From an uncultured archaeon (GTDB lineage: Archaea; Asgardarchaeota; Lokiarchaeia; Sigyniarchaeales; SOKP01), in contig CAZWEM010000017.1 in NCBI GenBank assembly GCA_964632315.1, forward strand, positions 10,879 through 74,878: a stretch of DNA of 64,000 nt, in the 5' to 3' direction. A model generated the notes under the pieces. The model was given only the letters and a program-made list of their open reading frames with translations, searched no databases and was not told where the DNA came from. Position 1 is the stretch's first letter; the number at the start of each line of letters is the position of its first letter. Below are positions 31,927 to 41,799 of the stretch, piece after piece. A program made the position numbers and the translations under genes.

Positions 31927-32553
31927 ATGGCACATCGTAGACCATGGCATTGTTATTCTTCGTGGAATCGAAGACCTTATCAACATAAACGAAGCGCTAA
32001 TCATCGGAGAGAATATGCTCGAGGAGGTTCTCAATCTAAGATCCAACGTTTTTGGGGTGGAAATAAAGATATTGATTGGAAGGATTGGGAAATCGTTGTT
32101 GGGTTAAAAGTGGATAAACAAGTTCAAGTGTCTTCAAACGCTCTGGAAGCTATAAGAGTAACAGTAAATTCTCCTTTACAGAGAGATTTAGGTAGAAATA
32201 ATTATAGAATGCGTGTTAGATCCAAACCATTTCAAAAGTATAGAGAGAATAGAATGCTCGCGTTTGCTGGAGCGGATCGTGTACAATCGGGAATGAGAAA
32301 TTCCTTCGGCAGATCAACCGGTGTCTGTGCCCGGGTTCGAGCAGGTGCGATAATTCTAGACGTGGGGACACATCTTAGAAATTTACCGCTAATTAGGAAA
32401 AGATTAAAGATAGCAAGCATGAAAATCCCCTGTAGTTGTCAAATTGTGCTGCTACATTACAAATCTCCAGAAATCCTAAAGAGATCTGGATTACCATTAT
32501 ATGATGCGCAAAAAAGGCAAGAAATTCCGGTCTATGAATTGGCAGAAATCTAA
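31927..32553 (+). CDS. rpl10e: 50S ribosomal protein uL16 (archaeal L10e)
   Basis: RRPW.CY, SNALEAIR, RENRML..AGADRVQSGMR.SFG...G.CARV, ASMKIP. Confidence 0.92.
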   Translation: MAHRRPWHCYSSWNRRPYQHKRSANHRREYARGGSQSKIQRFWGGNKDIDWKDWEIVVGLKVDKQVQVSSNALEAIRVTVNSPLQRDLGRNNYRMRVRSKPFQKYRENRMLAFAGADRVQSGMRNSFGRSTGVCARVRAGAIILDVGTHLRNLPLIRKRLKIASMKIPCSCQIVLLHYKSPEILKRSGLPLYDAQKRQEIPVYELAEI

Positions 32554-32669
32554 TTCTCAAGGATCCCATTATTTAACAGAAATTTCGTAATAATCAAGTT
32601 TTTACTTAATTAAATTCTTATAATATTTAGTTAAATTATTACTTCTCAAAATCCGTTTTGTGAGAAAAT

Positions 32670-34061
32670 TTGACATTACTGAAAAATATTGATTTAAATA
32701 AATTTTTTAATCCAAAAAGCATCTTAATCGTGGGAGTTTCACGAAAATCTTATACATTTAGCTTTACTATACTCAAGAATCTCTTGGAAATAATTTATCG
32801 GGGTAAGATTTTTATATTAAATCCCAATGCTGATGAGATTTTGGGGGTTAAGTCTTATCATTCTTTAAAAGAACTCCCTGAAGTTCCCGAGTTAGCCGTG
32901 ATAGTCCTAGGAAAGCATATATCTGAAACTTTTCTGAAATTAGCTAAATTTGGGGTCAAAAATATAGCAATCGAATCAGATTTACGTTCAGAGACGCAAG
33001 ATTTTGAACTTATCCAAAAATTAAATGAAATTAGTGAAGATTACCAAGTATCGTATATGGGTCCTTCAATGATTGGGATCATTAACTTTATTAACAATTT
33101 CACCAGTTCTATCATCCCTGTTCGTCAATATCTAATTCAAAAACATAGGAAAATTAAATCTGGTGTGAGTTTTATAGCACAATCTGGAGGATTAGCAGGA
33201 GCAATGGGCTGGTGGGCACCTCCTCAAGATGTACCTATCTCAAAAGTAATTCATTTAGGATACGGATTTGATATCAATGATGCTGATGTATTAGAATATT
33301 TCATTCAAGATGAAACAACTCAAGTAATCCTTCTTTATTTGAGAGAAATTACTGATGGAATTATTTCAGTTGTTAAGAACCTCGCTCCTTTGAAACCAGT
33401 CTTATTTTTCTACGTTGGAAAAGATTTTGAAAGAGAAAGATTATTAATAGAAGCGGGAGGAATGGAAGTATCAAATTATATAGAATTATTTGAATTCGCA
33501 AAAATCTTTCTTTGGTGTCCTGAACCTCGCGGACCTAATTTGGGAATAGTAGGACCCAGTTCAGGAGCAATTTATATTATCGTGAAAGAAATGAGAAAAC
33601 AAGGATTATCTTTAGCTAAGTTAAGTAACGAGAATAGGGAAAAAATCCTCCAAAAAGTTGGTGGATCTACGTGCAATTTAGGAAATCCCGTTGATTACTG
33701 GCCCCCAGAGAGATTTGTCGGTACAAAGATATGTGGAATTTACAACACTTCATCTAATACTCTATTAAATGATGATTCTGTCGAAGGCCTTATCTTAGCT
33801 TTAGAATTTTTTCATGAAATCGAATTTGATTTTAATATCTTCGAAAAGATTAAACTCACTTATCCAAATAAACCTATCATCACTGTTTTGATTCAAGCTG
33901 AACAAGATGGGGCTAAAAGAGTTTTTAAAACAGCCTCTGATTTGAAGATCCCTGTTTTCAACAACGAAGTTGAGCGTGCGGTCAAGGGTTATAAGTATTT
34001 ATATGATTGGCATTCTAAAATTAAAAATAAAGAGAGAAATATAAAAAGTAATTATAATTAG
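32670..34061 (+). CDS. ADP-forming acyl-CoA synthetase alpha-subunit homolog, probably non-catalytic
   Basis: FFNPKSILIVGVS CoA-binding domain, GPSMIG, AQSGG, GNPVD; SHTG phospho-His loop absent; TTG start. Confidence 0.8.
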   Translation: MTLLKNIDLNKFFNPKSILIVGVSRKSYTFSFTILKNLLEIIYRGKIFILNPNADEILGVKSYHSLKELPEVPELAVIVLGKHISETFLKLAKFGVKNIAIESDLRSETQDFELIQKLNEISEDYQVSYMGPSMIGIINFINNFTSSIIPVRQYLIQKHRKIKSGVSFIAQSGGLAGAMGWWAPPQDVPISKVIHLGYGFDINDADVLEYFIQDETTQVILLYLREITDGIISVVKNLAPLKPVLFFYVGKDFERERLLIEAGGMEVSNYIELFEFAKIFLWCPEPRGPNLGIVGPSSGAIYIIVKEMRKQGLSLAKLSNENREKILQKVGGSTCNLGNPVDYWPPERFVGTKICGIYNTSSNTLLNDDSVEGLILALEFFHEIEFDFNIFEKIKLTYPNKPIITVLIQAEQDGAKRVFKTASDLKIPVFNNEVERAVKGYKYLYDWHSKIKNKERNIKSNYN

Positions 34062-35296
34062 CTTGAAAAGATAGGTTGCAACTGTTCAGGAACTTCAGCA
34101 TTACTATCCATTAATGAAATAGCATATACTTTTTCTCCGCAATTGCATCTTACACCTTCAAAAAGATAGTACTTGAACTTGTTTTTCCACGTGCATTCTT
34201 GAACATTAACAATTTCTGAAATTTCTCCACATTTGCAATAAATAGATAAATCTTTACCGTAATCTGGGATGATTTTTGTGAAGTCTAATTGAACATTTTC
34301 GAATTCAGATTCATTTAACATTGAATTAATATCATCAGCCAATTTATCACGTAAGCTTGGTACAAAACTCGTAATTATACCGTTCTCAGCCTTTAGTTCC
34401 GTTAACACAATGAAATTTTTTTCTGGAGTTTCACTTACCTTGGAAGTGTCTAAATTCCGCAGATTTTCAGGGAGCGGAAGCGGATCCATTCCCGGAGGGT
34501 ATGCAAACGTGTAATAGTATTGAGTTAAACCTCGGTAAGTCTTCTGATTGATTAATTCTAAGTTCTCATATCCACTACTATGAAGAACAAACTTAATTAA
34601 TTGTAATGGGACCTTTAATTCTAAAAGTTTGGTTCTGATGTTATTTAACACATCCCCTACAAAACTCTTTAAAACCATTACATCTTCTCGATTTTGAGTA
34701 TATACTTCTGTTCTGTTTTCCTCCTTGAATCTCGTCCATTTTCTAAGCACGCTACCACGCAATAACTGAGGTAACATGCAAAAAACACATAAAACCGGAA
34801 AAAGAACGTAATAACTTATACCTGGTATAAATGCTAAAACAGCTACTATTGCTAACATTGGTATTGTTGTATATAGACTCAACCTTCTTAATCGTTTGTC
34901 GGCGGAAGTTTTAAAACCTCTTTCAATAGCGATATTTTCTGTTCTGTTTATGATATCTCTAATTAAATTGACAACGTTTTTTTCTTGATAATTCATGCTC
35001 AATAATTTATCTTCTTCATTGCCTTGTTCAAGTTTTGAGATTGTTTCATTGAGTTTATCAATGTATTTTGACACGTTCTTTTCTTTAAATATAAAGTCTA
35101 ACGGCTCATCTGCAAAGTAATCGAGAAATCGCGTGATAAACAATTTATCTTCAACTTCAGCGATATCTTTAGGATCCATGCCAAGTGCTTCTTGAATCAT
35201 TTGAGATTGACTTTTTCTGACATTTTTCCTAGAGCGCTTCTTCTCTTCTTTTTTTGGTTCTGATTGGTTTCCTTGAACTTTTTCTTGTTCATTCAT
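34058..35296 (-). CDS. Hypothetical membrane protein with C-terminal Cys motifs
   Basis: Two central TM helices; CKCG ... CNCG near the C-terminus. Confidence 0.75.
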   Translation of the reverse strand: MNEQEKVQGNQSEPKKEEKKRSRKNVRKSQSQMIQEALGMDPKDIAEVEDKLFITRFLDYFADEPLDFIFKEKNVSKYIDKLNETISKLEQGNEEDKLLSMNYQEKNVVNLIRDIINRTENIAIERGFKTSADKRLRRLSLYTTIPMLAIVAVLAFIPGISYYVLFPVLCVFCMLPQLLRGSVLRKWTRFKEENRTEVYTQNREDVMVLKSFVGDVLNNIRTKLLELKVPLQLIKFVLHSSGYENLELINQKTYRGLTQYYYTFAYPPGMDPLPLPENLRNLDTSKVSETPEKNFIVLTELKAENGIITSFVPSLRDKLADDINSMLNESEFENVQLDFTKIIPDYGKDLSIYCKCGEISEIVNVQECTWKNKFKYYLFEGVRCNCGEKVYAISLMDSNAEVPEQLQPIFSS

Positions 35297-35491
35297 TTTT
35301 TTTCAAGAATTAACTCTGTAATTCTATTTAATTTTACTAATCTAATTAACTTTTTGAAAAAAATAGACCATTAGAATCATAAAACCATCATAAAATTAAT
35401 AGGTTATCATTATTGAAAGTAAGAATTAGTAGAAATCAAATATTAGTTAGATAGTAACTTCTTTTATACTGAGCTAAAAGAGATAAAAAAA

Positions 35492-35725
35492 TTAGTAAGG
35501 TACATTTACAACTGCTTTAACATCTGGAACAAACTTTTTTATAGCTGCTTCTACTCCGTAAGTTAAAGTTTGTTGTGCGTGCATGCAACCTGCACAATGT
35601 CCTAAAAGTCGTACTTTTACAACACCATCATCTTCAATAGAGATTAACTCAATATCTCCTCCATCAGCTTGGAGTTGTGGCCTAATCTTTGAAATGACTT
35701 CTTTTATTTTTTCTTTATCAACCAT
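35492..35725 (-). CDS. NifU C-terminal (Nfu) Fe-S carrier domain protein
   Basis: IRPQLQADGGDIEL...VRLLGHCAGC...TL..GVE. Confidence 0.92.
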   Translation of the reverse strand: MVDKEKIKEVISKIRPQLQADGGDIELISIEDDGVVKVRLLGHCAGCMHAQQTLTYGVEAAIKKFVPDVKAVVNVPY

Positions 35726-35924
35726 GTTAAATCAACTACTTTATTAGTTATAATATAAAATAAAAGTTCCTATATAAAACGTTTCTTAATAAAATATGGG
35801 GGAATTCTCGCCATAAATTATTTTTTCCTAATAATGATTTTAGAATACTAATAAAAAAAAACCACCATTCCTTTTATTATGCAATAATTAAATGTAAATA
35901 ATCAATTTTTTAGGTTAAATTATC

Positions 35925-36308
35925 ATGAATTCCAAAGAATTTTATAATAGATTGATGGAAGCTGAAAATCTGATGATACATGAAAAGTATAAACAAGCAT
36001 TAACTTTATTAGAGGAATTAAAAGAGTTGGAAAAGGAGGGAGATTTTGAATATGAGTTGATCCATCAACTATACCAGTTAATTTCCAATGCTACCTCTTT
36101 TTCCAATCAACAAATAATTCTCAAAATTTTAAATTCAAATGCGTTCCCTCACGATCCAAAATTTATTGATATTCATGAACTAGATGAATACTTGAAAAAA
36201 GAAACAGGTTTGGATTTAGACATAAGTACTTTAAAAAGAGAATTAGAACTCTTAATATTAAGGGATTTAACCACAATTCACATTGAAGGAAATAAAATCA
36301 TATTATAA
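35925..36308 (+). CDS. Hypothetical protein, helical bundle plus winged helix (PCI-like)
   Basis: TPR-like helices then LKRELELLILRDLTTIHIEGNKIIL winged-helix-like end. Confidence 0.55.
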   Translation: MNSKEFYNRLMEAENLMIHEKYKQALTLLEELKELEKEGDFEYELIHQLYQLISNATSFSNQQIILKILNSNAFPHDPKFIDIHELDEYLKKETGLDLDISTLKRELELLILRDLTTIHIEGNKIIL

Positions 36309-36437
36309 CTCTCTCGTGCTTACAAAACAATTTTGAAAAGGATAGGATAGTTTTAAATTAAAAACCCTACTAAAAATGTTGGTTTTTTAAATACTAAATT
36401 AGAAATATTGCAAATAGTTAGTTTGTGCACGTAACTC

Positions 36438-37037
36438 ATGATTATAGATTTTCTTGTAAAAACTATACAATTTAAGATTGTATATTTTGGACCAGCAATG
36501 TCAGGAAAGACCACTTCAATTAAATCTCTTTTTGAGCATTTTGGTAAAAGAGAGGAACTCTCTAGTATTGAAAGTACTGTGAGAAGAACTCTTTTTTTTG
36601 ACTATGGAGTCATCTCATTTAAAAATAAAGAGTGGAGGCTCAAGATAAATCTTTATTCATGTACGGGACAAGATTTTTATATCGTTACTCGCCCCATTAC
36701 GCTAAGGGGCGTAGATGGTATAATTTTCATTGCTGATAGTCAAGAAGTAGCTTGGGAAAGGAATTTGATCTCTTGGAACGAATTAAAGACATATTTTCAT
36801 GATAAAATCGAAAAACTACCATTAGTTATGGCATTTAACAAGCAAGATTTACCTGATAAATTTAGTCCTGAATCTTTTCTTAAAAAAATAGATTATCAAT
36901 TTTATCAAAATAAAGAAGTGAGGTACACCATTGCGCTTAATGGAGAGAACGTTTTAACTTGTTTTGAGGATATCTTGAGGTTGGTTTTAATGAATATGAA
37001 TAAATCTATTATTTTTCCAGTCATAAAGGATTTATAG
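36438..37037 (+). CDS. MglA-family small GTPase
   Basis: KIVYFGPAMSGKTT (G1), RTLFFD (G2), SCTGQ (G3), GIIFIADS, NKQD (G4). Confidence 0.88.
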   Translation: MIIDFLVKTIQFKIVYFGPAMSGKTTSIKSLFEHFGKREELSSIESTVRRTLFFDYGVISFKNKEWRLKINLYSCTGQDFYIVTRPITLRGVDGIIFIADSQEVAWERNLISWNELKTYFHDKIEKLPLVMAFNKQDLPDKFSPESFLKKIDYQFYQNKEVRYTIALNGENVLTCFEDILRLVLMNMNKSIIFPVIKDL

Positions 37038-37039
37038 AT

Positions 37040-37849
37040 TTACTTTAAAGTAATTGGATTAACCGTAGTAGATCTCCCAAAAGTAGGAATCATCCATAGA
37101 TACATGCAATACTTCAAATTCTTGTAAATTGGTCGAGCAAAATTACTATGACCACATTCACCTGGAAAAAAAGCTCCTTCCCCGTTGTTCAAATCATGAC
37201 TAACAGAAATTCCTTCTCTATTTATCAAATATTGAGTCAGTGCATACTTATTATCATCAACACAAGCAATATAAACCTCTGGATTCCCAGGATGAATATG
37301 TGCATAAATCTCCTCATTTCCACTTTGATTTTTCTCAAGATTCACGCTTGTAATAGTTCCCTCTTTCAATGATCTTGATGGAATATTAGTAAATCCTGAC
37401 ATAAAATAACCATTCTTTATTGCGGTCCATACTGTTCGATATGTTGACATCAAATTAGATGAGGAATGTTCACCTCGAGGTAAAAATTTATCAAGATTAA
37501 ACTTTTCGAGTTCGAGTTCTAACTCGGTATTCACTATGGTTTCAACTTCATAACTCATCAAGCATATTTTTGATGAGTTCGAATCTTGGAGATTAATCTT
37601 AATAGACTTTTTTTGAGGAAGGAAGAAAATATCAAATTTATTTATCTCATAAGACCTCTGTTCATAATTTAATGTTCCTTTCCCCTCTAAAAGACACCCA
37701 TTAACAAGTTCTTTCGGCTCAGTCTGAAGAGATAATTCATTCTCAAAAATTAAATATTTAAGCTTAACGTGGTTTAATTCTCTTTCCACCATGTTATCAG
37801 ATGGATTATTAAAGTAATAAGAATTTAACCTTTCTTTTTCGTTTTTCAT
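37040..37849 (-). CDS. Cupin protein, IolB/KduI-like sugar-acid isomerase
   Basis: Bicupin pattern; HIHP..PEVY and GH metal-binding motifs. Confidence 0.6.
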   Translation of the reverse strand: MKNEKERLNSYYFNNPSDNMVERELNHVKLKYLIFENELSLQTEPKELVNGCLLEGKGTLNYEQRSYEINKFDIFFLPQKKSIKINLQDSNSSKICLMSYEVETIVNTELELELEKFNLDKFLPRGEHSSSNLMSTYRTVWTAIKNGYFMSGFTNIPSRSLKEGTITSVNLEKNQSGNEEIYAHIHPGNPEVYIACVDDNKYALTQYLINREGISVSHDLNNGEGAFFPGECGHSNFARPIYKNLKYCMYLWMIPTFGRSTTVNPITLK

Positions 37850-37880
37850 TTTTTAATTCAAGAATTAATTGCCAATTAAA

Positions 37881-39083
37881 TTAAAAGAAATCTGATGAAA
37901 CGGGAGATTGAATCCGTATGTTTTTTTGATCATTATCCTCTAGTAAAGTGATTAAAGCAGAAACATTTTGCTTTGTTTCATAATCAATTTCTTTTTCCTC
38001 TCCAGATTTCCATTTATTAAAACCCTTTAAAACGGGAGTACTTTCAAATAATCCTTCAAGTAAGCCCGAAACCTTAACTGAAACCCCATAGAGAGTATTT
38101 TTTGTTATATTTTTGATTTTTATTCTATATTTGTCCATATCTGAATCGATTGATGCTATTTGAAATACTTTTTGTAATTTTGAGGAAAGCCCTTCGAATA
38201 GAGAGGGCGCGCTCGAACCTTGACTGGCAAATAAATCCTCTCCAATCATCCCCTCTTCAACGGGCTTAGAGACAATAGTTATTGGTACATCGAATTTTAT
38301 TTTTTCTCGTCCAGATGAAAGTTTTCCCATGACTCTTAATGACCATCGGGTGTAATCACCAAACTTAAAACCCCATTGCTCCTTCTCTTGGGCTTCCCAA
38401 ACATAGCTATGGGAGGGCTCAGCGATCTCTGGAACTTTAATTAAGAGGAAACCTTTTTCAACATTGGTAGTCTTTGCATCTCCTGCTATAGCTGGGGGTA
38501 ATTTTTCTACTTTTCTACAATTTTGCCCATAGGCATCACAATAACAGATCAAATTTGCTTCCTGTAACAATCTAATTTCAATCTCTTTTAATTCATCTGA
38601 ACTAAAGTTGACCTTTATAGTCTCTCCAGGTTTGAATATGTCTTTTGAGAGATTGATATTTAAACCTGATAATGAAAAAGATATAGGATTCGACTTTTTT
38701 GTCTGCAATCCGATACCTTTTGCTTTAATTTCAATTCTTTTTGTCTTATTTACGAGTAGATCGTCATCAGGATTTATAGGATGAGGTTGTCTTAATATAA
38801 GCTTAATGTAGTATTCTAAATTACGATTTTTTATCGTGGGTACAACGTTATTTTTAATTAACAGCATTCTGTTTCGTATGTATTCTCCAGATTCAAAAGT
38901 ACCTTTTGAAAAGATTTCCGCTTTTGCAATCTGTAATTCTTTTGCACAAGGTGGATTTGTTAAAAGCTGTAAACCACTCCAGAGTATTTCAGAATCCTCT
39001 TCAAAATTAAACTTGGTTAAGATCCCGAGTTTATCTCCAACGTATACCGAGCCATTGTTTAAGTCTTCTAACTCGATTTTCAT
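37881..39083 (-). CDS. Arrestin-fold protein with extra C-terminal beta domain
   Basis: N-terminal VYVGDKLG strand pattern, VPTI...EYYIK, and INLSKDIFKPGETIKV typical of the start of arrestin-C. Confidence 0.6.
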   Translation of the reverse strand: MKIELEDLNNGSVYVGDKLGILTKFNFEEDSEILWSGLQLLTNPPCAKELQIAKAEIFSKGTFESGEYIRNRMLLIKNNVVPTIKNRNLEYYIKLILRQPHPINPDDDLLVNKTKRIEIKAKGIGLQTKKSNPISFSLSGLNINLSKDIFKPGETIKVNFSSDELKEIEIRLLQEANLICYCDAYGQNCRKVEKLPPAIAGDAKTTNVEKGFLLIKVPEIAEPSHSYVWEAQEKEQWGFKFGDYTRWSLRVMGKLSSGREKIKFDVPITIVSKPVEEGMIGEDLFASQGSSAPSLFEGLSSKLQKVFQIASIDSDMDKYRIKIKNITKNTLYGVSVKVSGLLEGLFESTPVLKGFNKWKSGEEKEIDYETKQNVSALITLLEDNDQKNIRIQSPVSSDFF

Positions 39084-39178
39084 GGTTTTGACGAATGTTG
39101 CTATAAGTATAAATTATTTGATTTTAATAATATTTATTATTGTTCTTTAAATTTTAGAAGGAAAAATTCCACTTTAGA

Positions 39179-39313
39179 ATGAAAAATAAAGAATGTACTA
39201 CTGGACCTAGTTTTTGTCAAATCTGTGGAAAAGAGATGCCTTTTAGTCAAATATGTATTCAATGCAACAAGAAATCAAAAAGAAATAGAAAAAATAAACC
39301 AAAAAATAAGTAG
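39179..39313 (+). CDS. 44-aa zinc-finger microprotein with basic tail (not in ORF track)
   Basis: Hand translation MKNKECTTGPSFCQICGKEMPFSQICIQCNKKSKRNRKNKPKNK; CxxC-x9-CxxC. Confidence 0.65.
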   Translation: MKNKECTTGPSFCQICGKEMPFSQICIQCNKKSKRNRKNKPKNK

Positions 39314-39364
39314 AAGAAATCATTTGAATTAGTATCAATAGGGGAATTATCAGGAATAGTCAAA

Positions 39365-40066
39365 ATGAAATTAAAAAGCATTAAAGCAATTTTATTTGAT
39401 CTTGATGGAACACTAATTAATGTAGATTTAAAAAAATTAATCCCAAACTACATGAAACTTCTTTCGGAGAAATTTAAACATATTATCCGACCAAGTAAAT
39501 TTATTTCTTTATTATTAGAAGCATCAAATAGGATAGATCAAAATGATGGAGGAGTTACAAATGAAAAAATTTTTGAGAAAGTTTTTTTTCCTCTCAATGG
39601 TCGTTCAAGGAAAGATGTCGACCCTCTTTTTGATGAATTTTATGAAAAAGATTTTGTCAAATTAAAAGTACATACCGAAGTTAAGCACGAGGCTCGCTCT
39701 GTAATGTCTAAAGTCTTTGAACAGGGATATGATGTTGTAATTGCTACAACCCCAATAATTCCCTTAACAGCAATCAAACAAAGACTTGATTGGGCTGGTG
39801 TAGGTGATTTTAACTATGCATTTATTACGACGATTGAAAACATGCATGCGAATAAACCTCATGAGAAATACTATGCCCAAATTTTTAACACCTTGAAAGT
39901 CAAACCAAACAATTGTTTGATGGTAGGAGATGAAAATAAGGACATGTTAGCGAAGGAATATGGATGCCTAACTTATTTAGTTCCTAGTACTAATACAAAT
40001 TTAGAACCTACTACTCCAAAACCAACTTTTCGAGGGGAATTAAAGGACTTAGTTTACATATTATAG
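39365..40066 (+). CDS. HAD-superfamily hydrolase
   Basis: FDLDGTL motif I, KPH motif III, MVGD..KD motif IV. Confidence 0.9.
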   Translation: MKLKSIKAILFDLDGTLINVDLKKLIPNYMKLLSEKFKHIIRPSKFISLLLEASNRIDQNDGGVTNEKIFEKVFFPLNGRSRKDVDPLFDEFYEKDFVKLKVHTEVKHEARSVMSKVFEQGYDVVIATTPIIPLTAIKQRLDWAGVGDFNYAFITTIENMHANKPHEKYYAQIFNTLKVKPNNCLMVGDENKDMLAKEYGCLTYLVPSTNTNLEPTTPKPTFRGELKDLVYIL

Positions 40067-40186
40067 CATTTAGGGTAGTTTTATAAAATTATTCTTAACA
40101 ACTTTTATGAGTGAAGATGCTTTTTTGAATCTTTTTTTCTTTTTATTATAATAAAATTCTTAATTATAACTCTTCTATTATAAGTC

Positions 40187-40912
40187 ATGAAATCACCACT
40201 TTTTTCAATTAATGAAGTCTCATTTAAGATTGCTGAAAAGACAATTTTAGATCATATTTCAATCAACATTGCGCAAGATAAAATAACCGGAATAATTGGC
40301 CCTTCTGGCGCGGGAAAGAGTACTTTCTTGCGATTATTAAACAAATTGATTTCCCCTACTGCTGGACAAATTATTTATAGAGATAACGATTTAAAGGAGA
40401 TGCCATCTCAAAATTTAAGAAAAGAAATCGGAATGCTTCAACAACAAGCATTTCTCTTTCCTGGAACTGTAAAAGATAATTTACTATATGGTCCATTAAT
40501 ATGGAATATTGACTATTCAGAAGAAGATTTAATTCAACTTTTAGCAAAGGTTGCATTAGATTCAGGTTACTTGGAGAGGGATATTGAAGGCCTCTCTGGG
40601 GGAGAACAACAAAGAGTTAGTCTTGCCAGAAGTCTTGCAAATCAACCTAGAGTCTTACTTCTAGATGAACCTACTAGTTCCCTAGATATCAGTTCAGAAG
40701 AGATCATAGAACAAACAATTACGAAACTAAATGAAGAGGGAGTCAAGATTATAATTGTATCTCATTCTTTGGAGCAAACTGAGCGTATCACTGATTGTTT
40801 ATTATTTTTGAGACAAGGTAAGATGATTGAAAAGAGTGATACTACAGAATTTTTTTCAAATTATAACCGGAATGAGATTAAATCATTCTTTAAGAAAAAG
40901 GAGGAGAAATAA
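40187..40912 (+). CDS. fetA: ABC ATP-binding protein (FetA/YbbL-like)
   Basis: GPSGAGKST, LSGGEQQR, LLLDEPT, H-loop; next to FetB-like permease. Confidence 0.85.
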   Translation: MKSPLFSINEVSFKIAEKTILDHISINIAQDKITGIIGPSGAGKSTFLRLLNKLISPTAGQIIYRDNDLKEMPSQNLRKEIGMLQQQAFLFPGTVKDNLLYGPLIWNIDYSEEDLIQLLAKVALDSGYLERDIEGLSGGEQQRVSLARSLANQPRVLLLDEPTSSLDISSEEIIEQTITKLNEEGVKIIIVSHSLEQTERITDCLLFLRQGKMIEKSDTTEFFSNYNRNEIKSFFKKKEEK

Positions 40913-40915
40913 ATA

Positions 40916-41788
40916 ATGGCCGTTATAGATGAAATACTTTCTAATTTAACCAACCCAGATTTATGGATTAGGCTTGCATTTGCGAGTCTTTTGGTTATAG
41001 TCTTAATAGGGTTATCTTTATGGAAGGATACTAAACTGGAGAAAAAAATTATATGGAGTTTTGCCAGGGGATTAGTTCAAATTGTCTTATTAGGGTCCAT
41101 CTTAGTCTTAATTTTTGGAATTGAACAACTTTGGATATTATATGGTATCTTATTTTTCATGTGTGTGTTTGCGGCTTACACGAATTATAAGTCTTATCCT
41201 TATCCAAAAACATTTCGGATTAACTTTATTGGAATTACTTTTAGTAGTCTGCTTATAATGACATTTGTAATTTTTTCTGGAGCGATCCCTAACTTTAATG
41301 GAATTGTTTATCAAGCAAGTAATACTCAGTCGACTTTCGGGAGTTTTGTTATTCCGATTGGAAGCATGACGATATTTTTTGCGATGAGACAAACTGGTTT
41401 GACCTTGGAGAGAGCTAAATCAGATATCCTAAAATCAAGAGGTGAAATAGAGGCGGCACTCAGCTTAGGAGCGAGTCCCACTAAAGCTATCAAAAATATT
41501 ACACGAGACGCTTTTCGTGTGAATTTGGTGCCTACCCTCAATCGAGTAGCTGTTTTAGGGGTTGTTAATATCCCAGGACTAATGTCTGGAATGATTGTTG
41601 GTGGAGCCTCTCCCATTGAAGCTGCTGTTTATCAAGTTGTTATCTTCATGATGTTATTGTGTGCTGCTTTTATATCAAGTATTATATGTAGCCATTTTTT
41701 TACCAAGCAATTTTTCACCGCTGATGAACAGTTAAATCTAGAATTCTTCTATAAACTTAGTAATATAGGAAAAGAAAAGAAGAAGTAA
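40916..41788 (+). CDS. fetB: ABC permease FetB/YbbM (UPF0014)
   Basis: RGLVQI.LLG, IEAALSLGASP, GVVNIPGLMSGMIVGGASP..A.YQ. Confidence 0.88.
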   Translation: MAVIDEILSNLTNPDLWIRLAFASLLVIVLIGLSLWKDTKLEKKIIWSFARGLVQIVLLGSILVLIFGIEQLWILYGILFFMCVFAAYTNYKSYPYPKTFRINFIGITFSSLLIMTFVIFSGAIPNFNGIVYQASNTQSTFGSFVIPIGSMTIFFAMRQTGLTLERAKSDILKSRGEIEAALSLGASPTKAIKNITRDAFRVNLVPTLNRVAVLGVVNIPGLMSGMIVGGASPIEAAVYQVVIFMMLLCAAFISSIICSHFFTKQFFTADEQLNLEFFYKLSNIGKEKKK

Positions 41789-41799
41789 AGAATGTTCTA

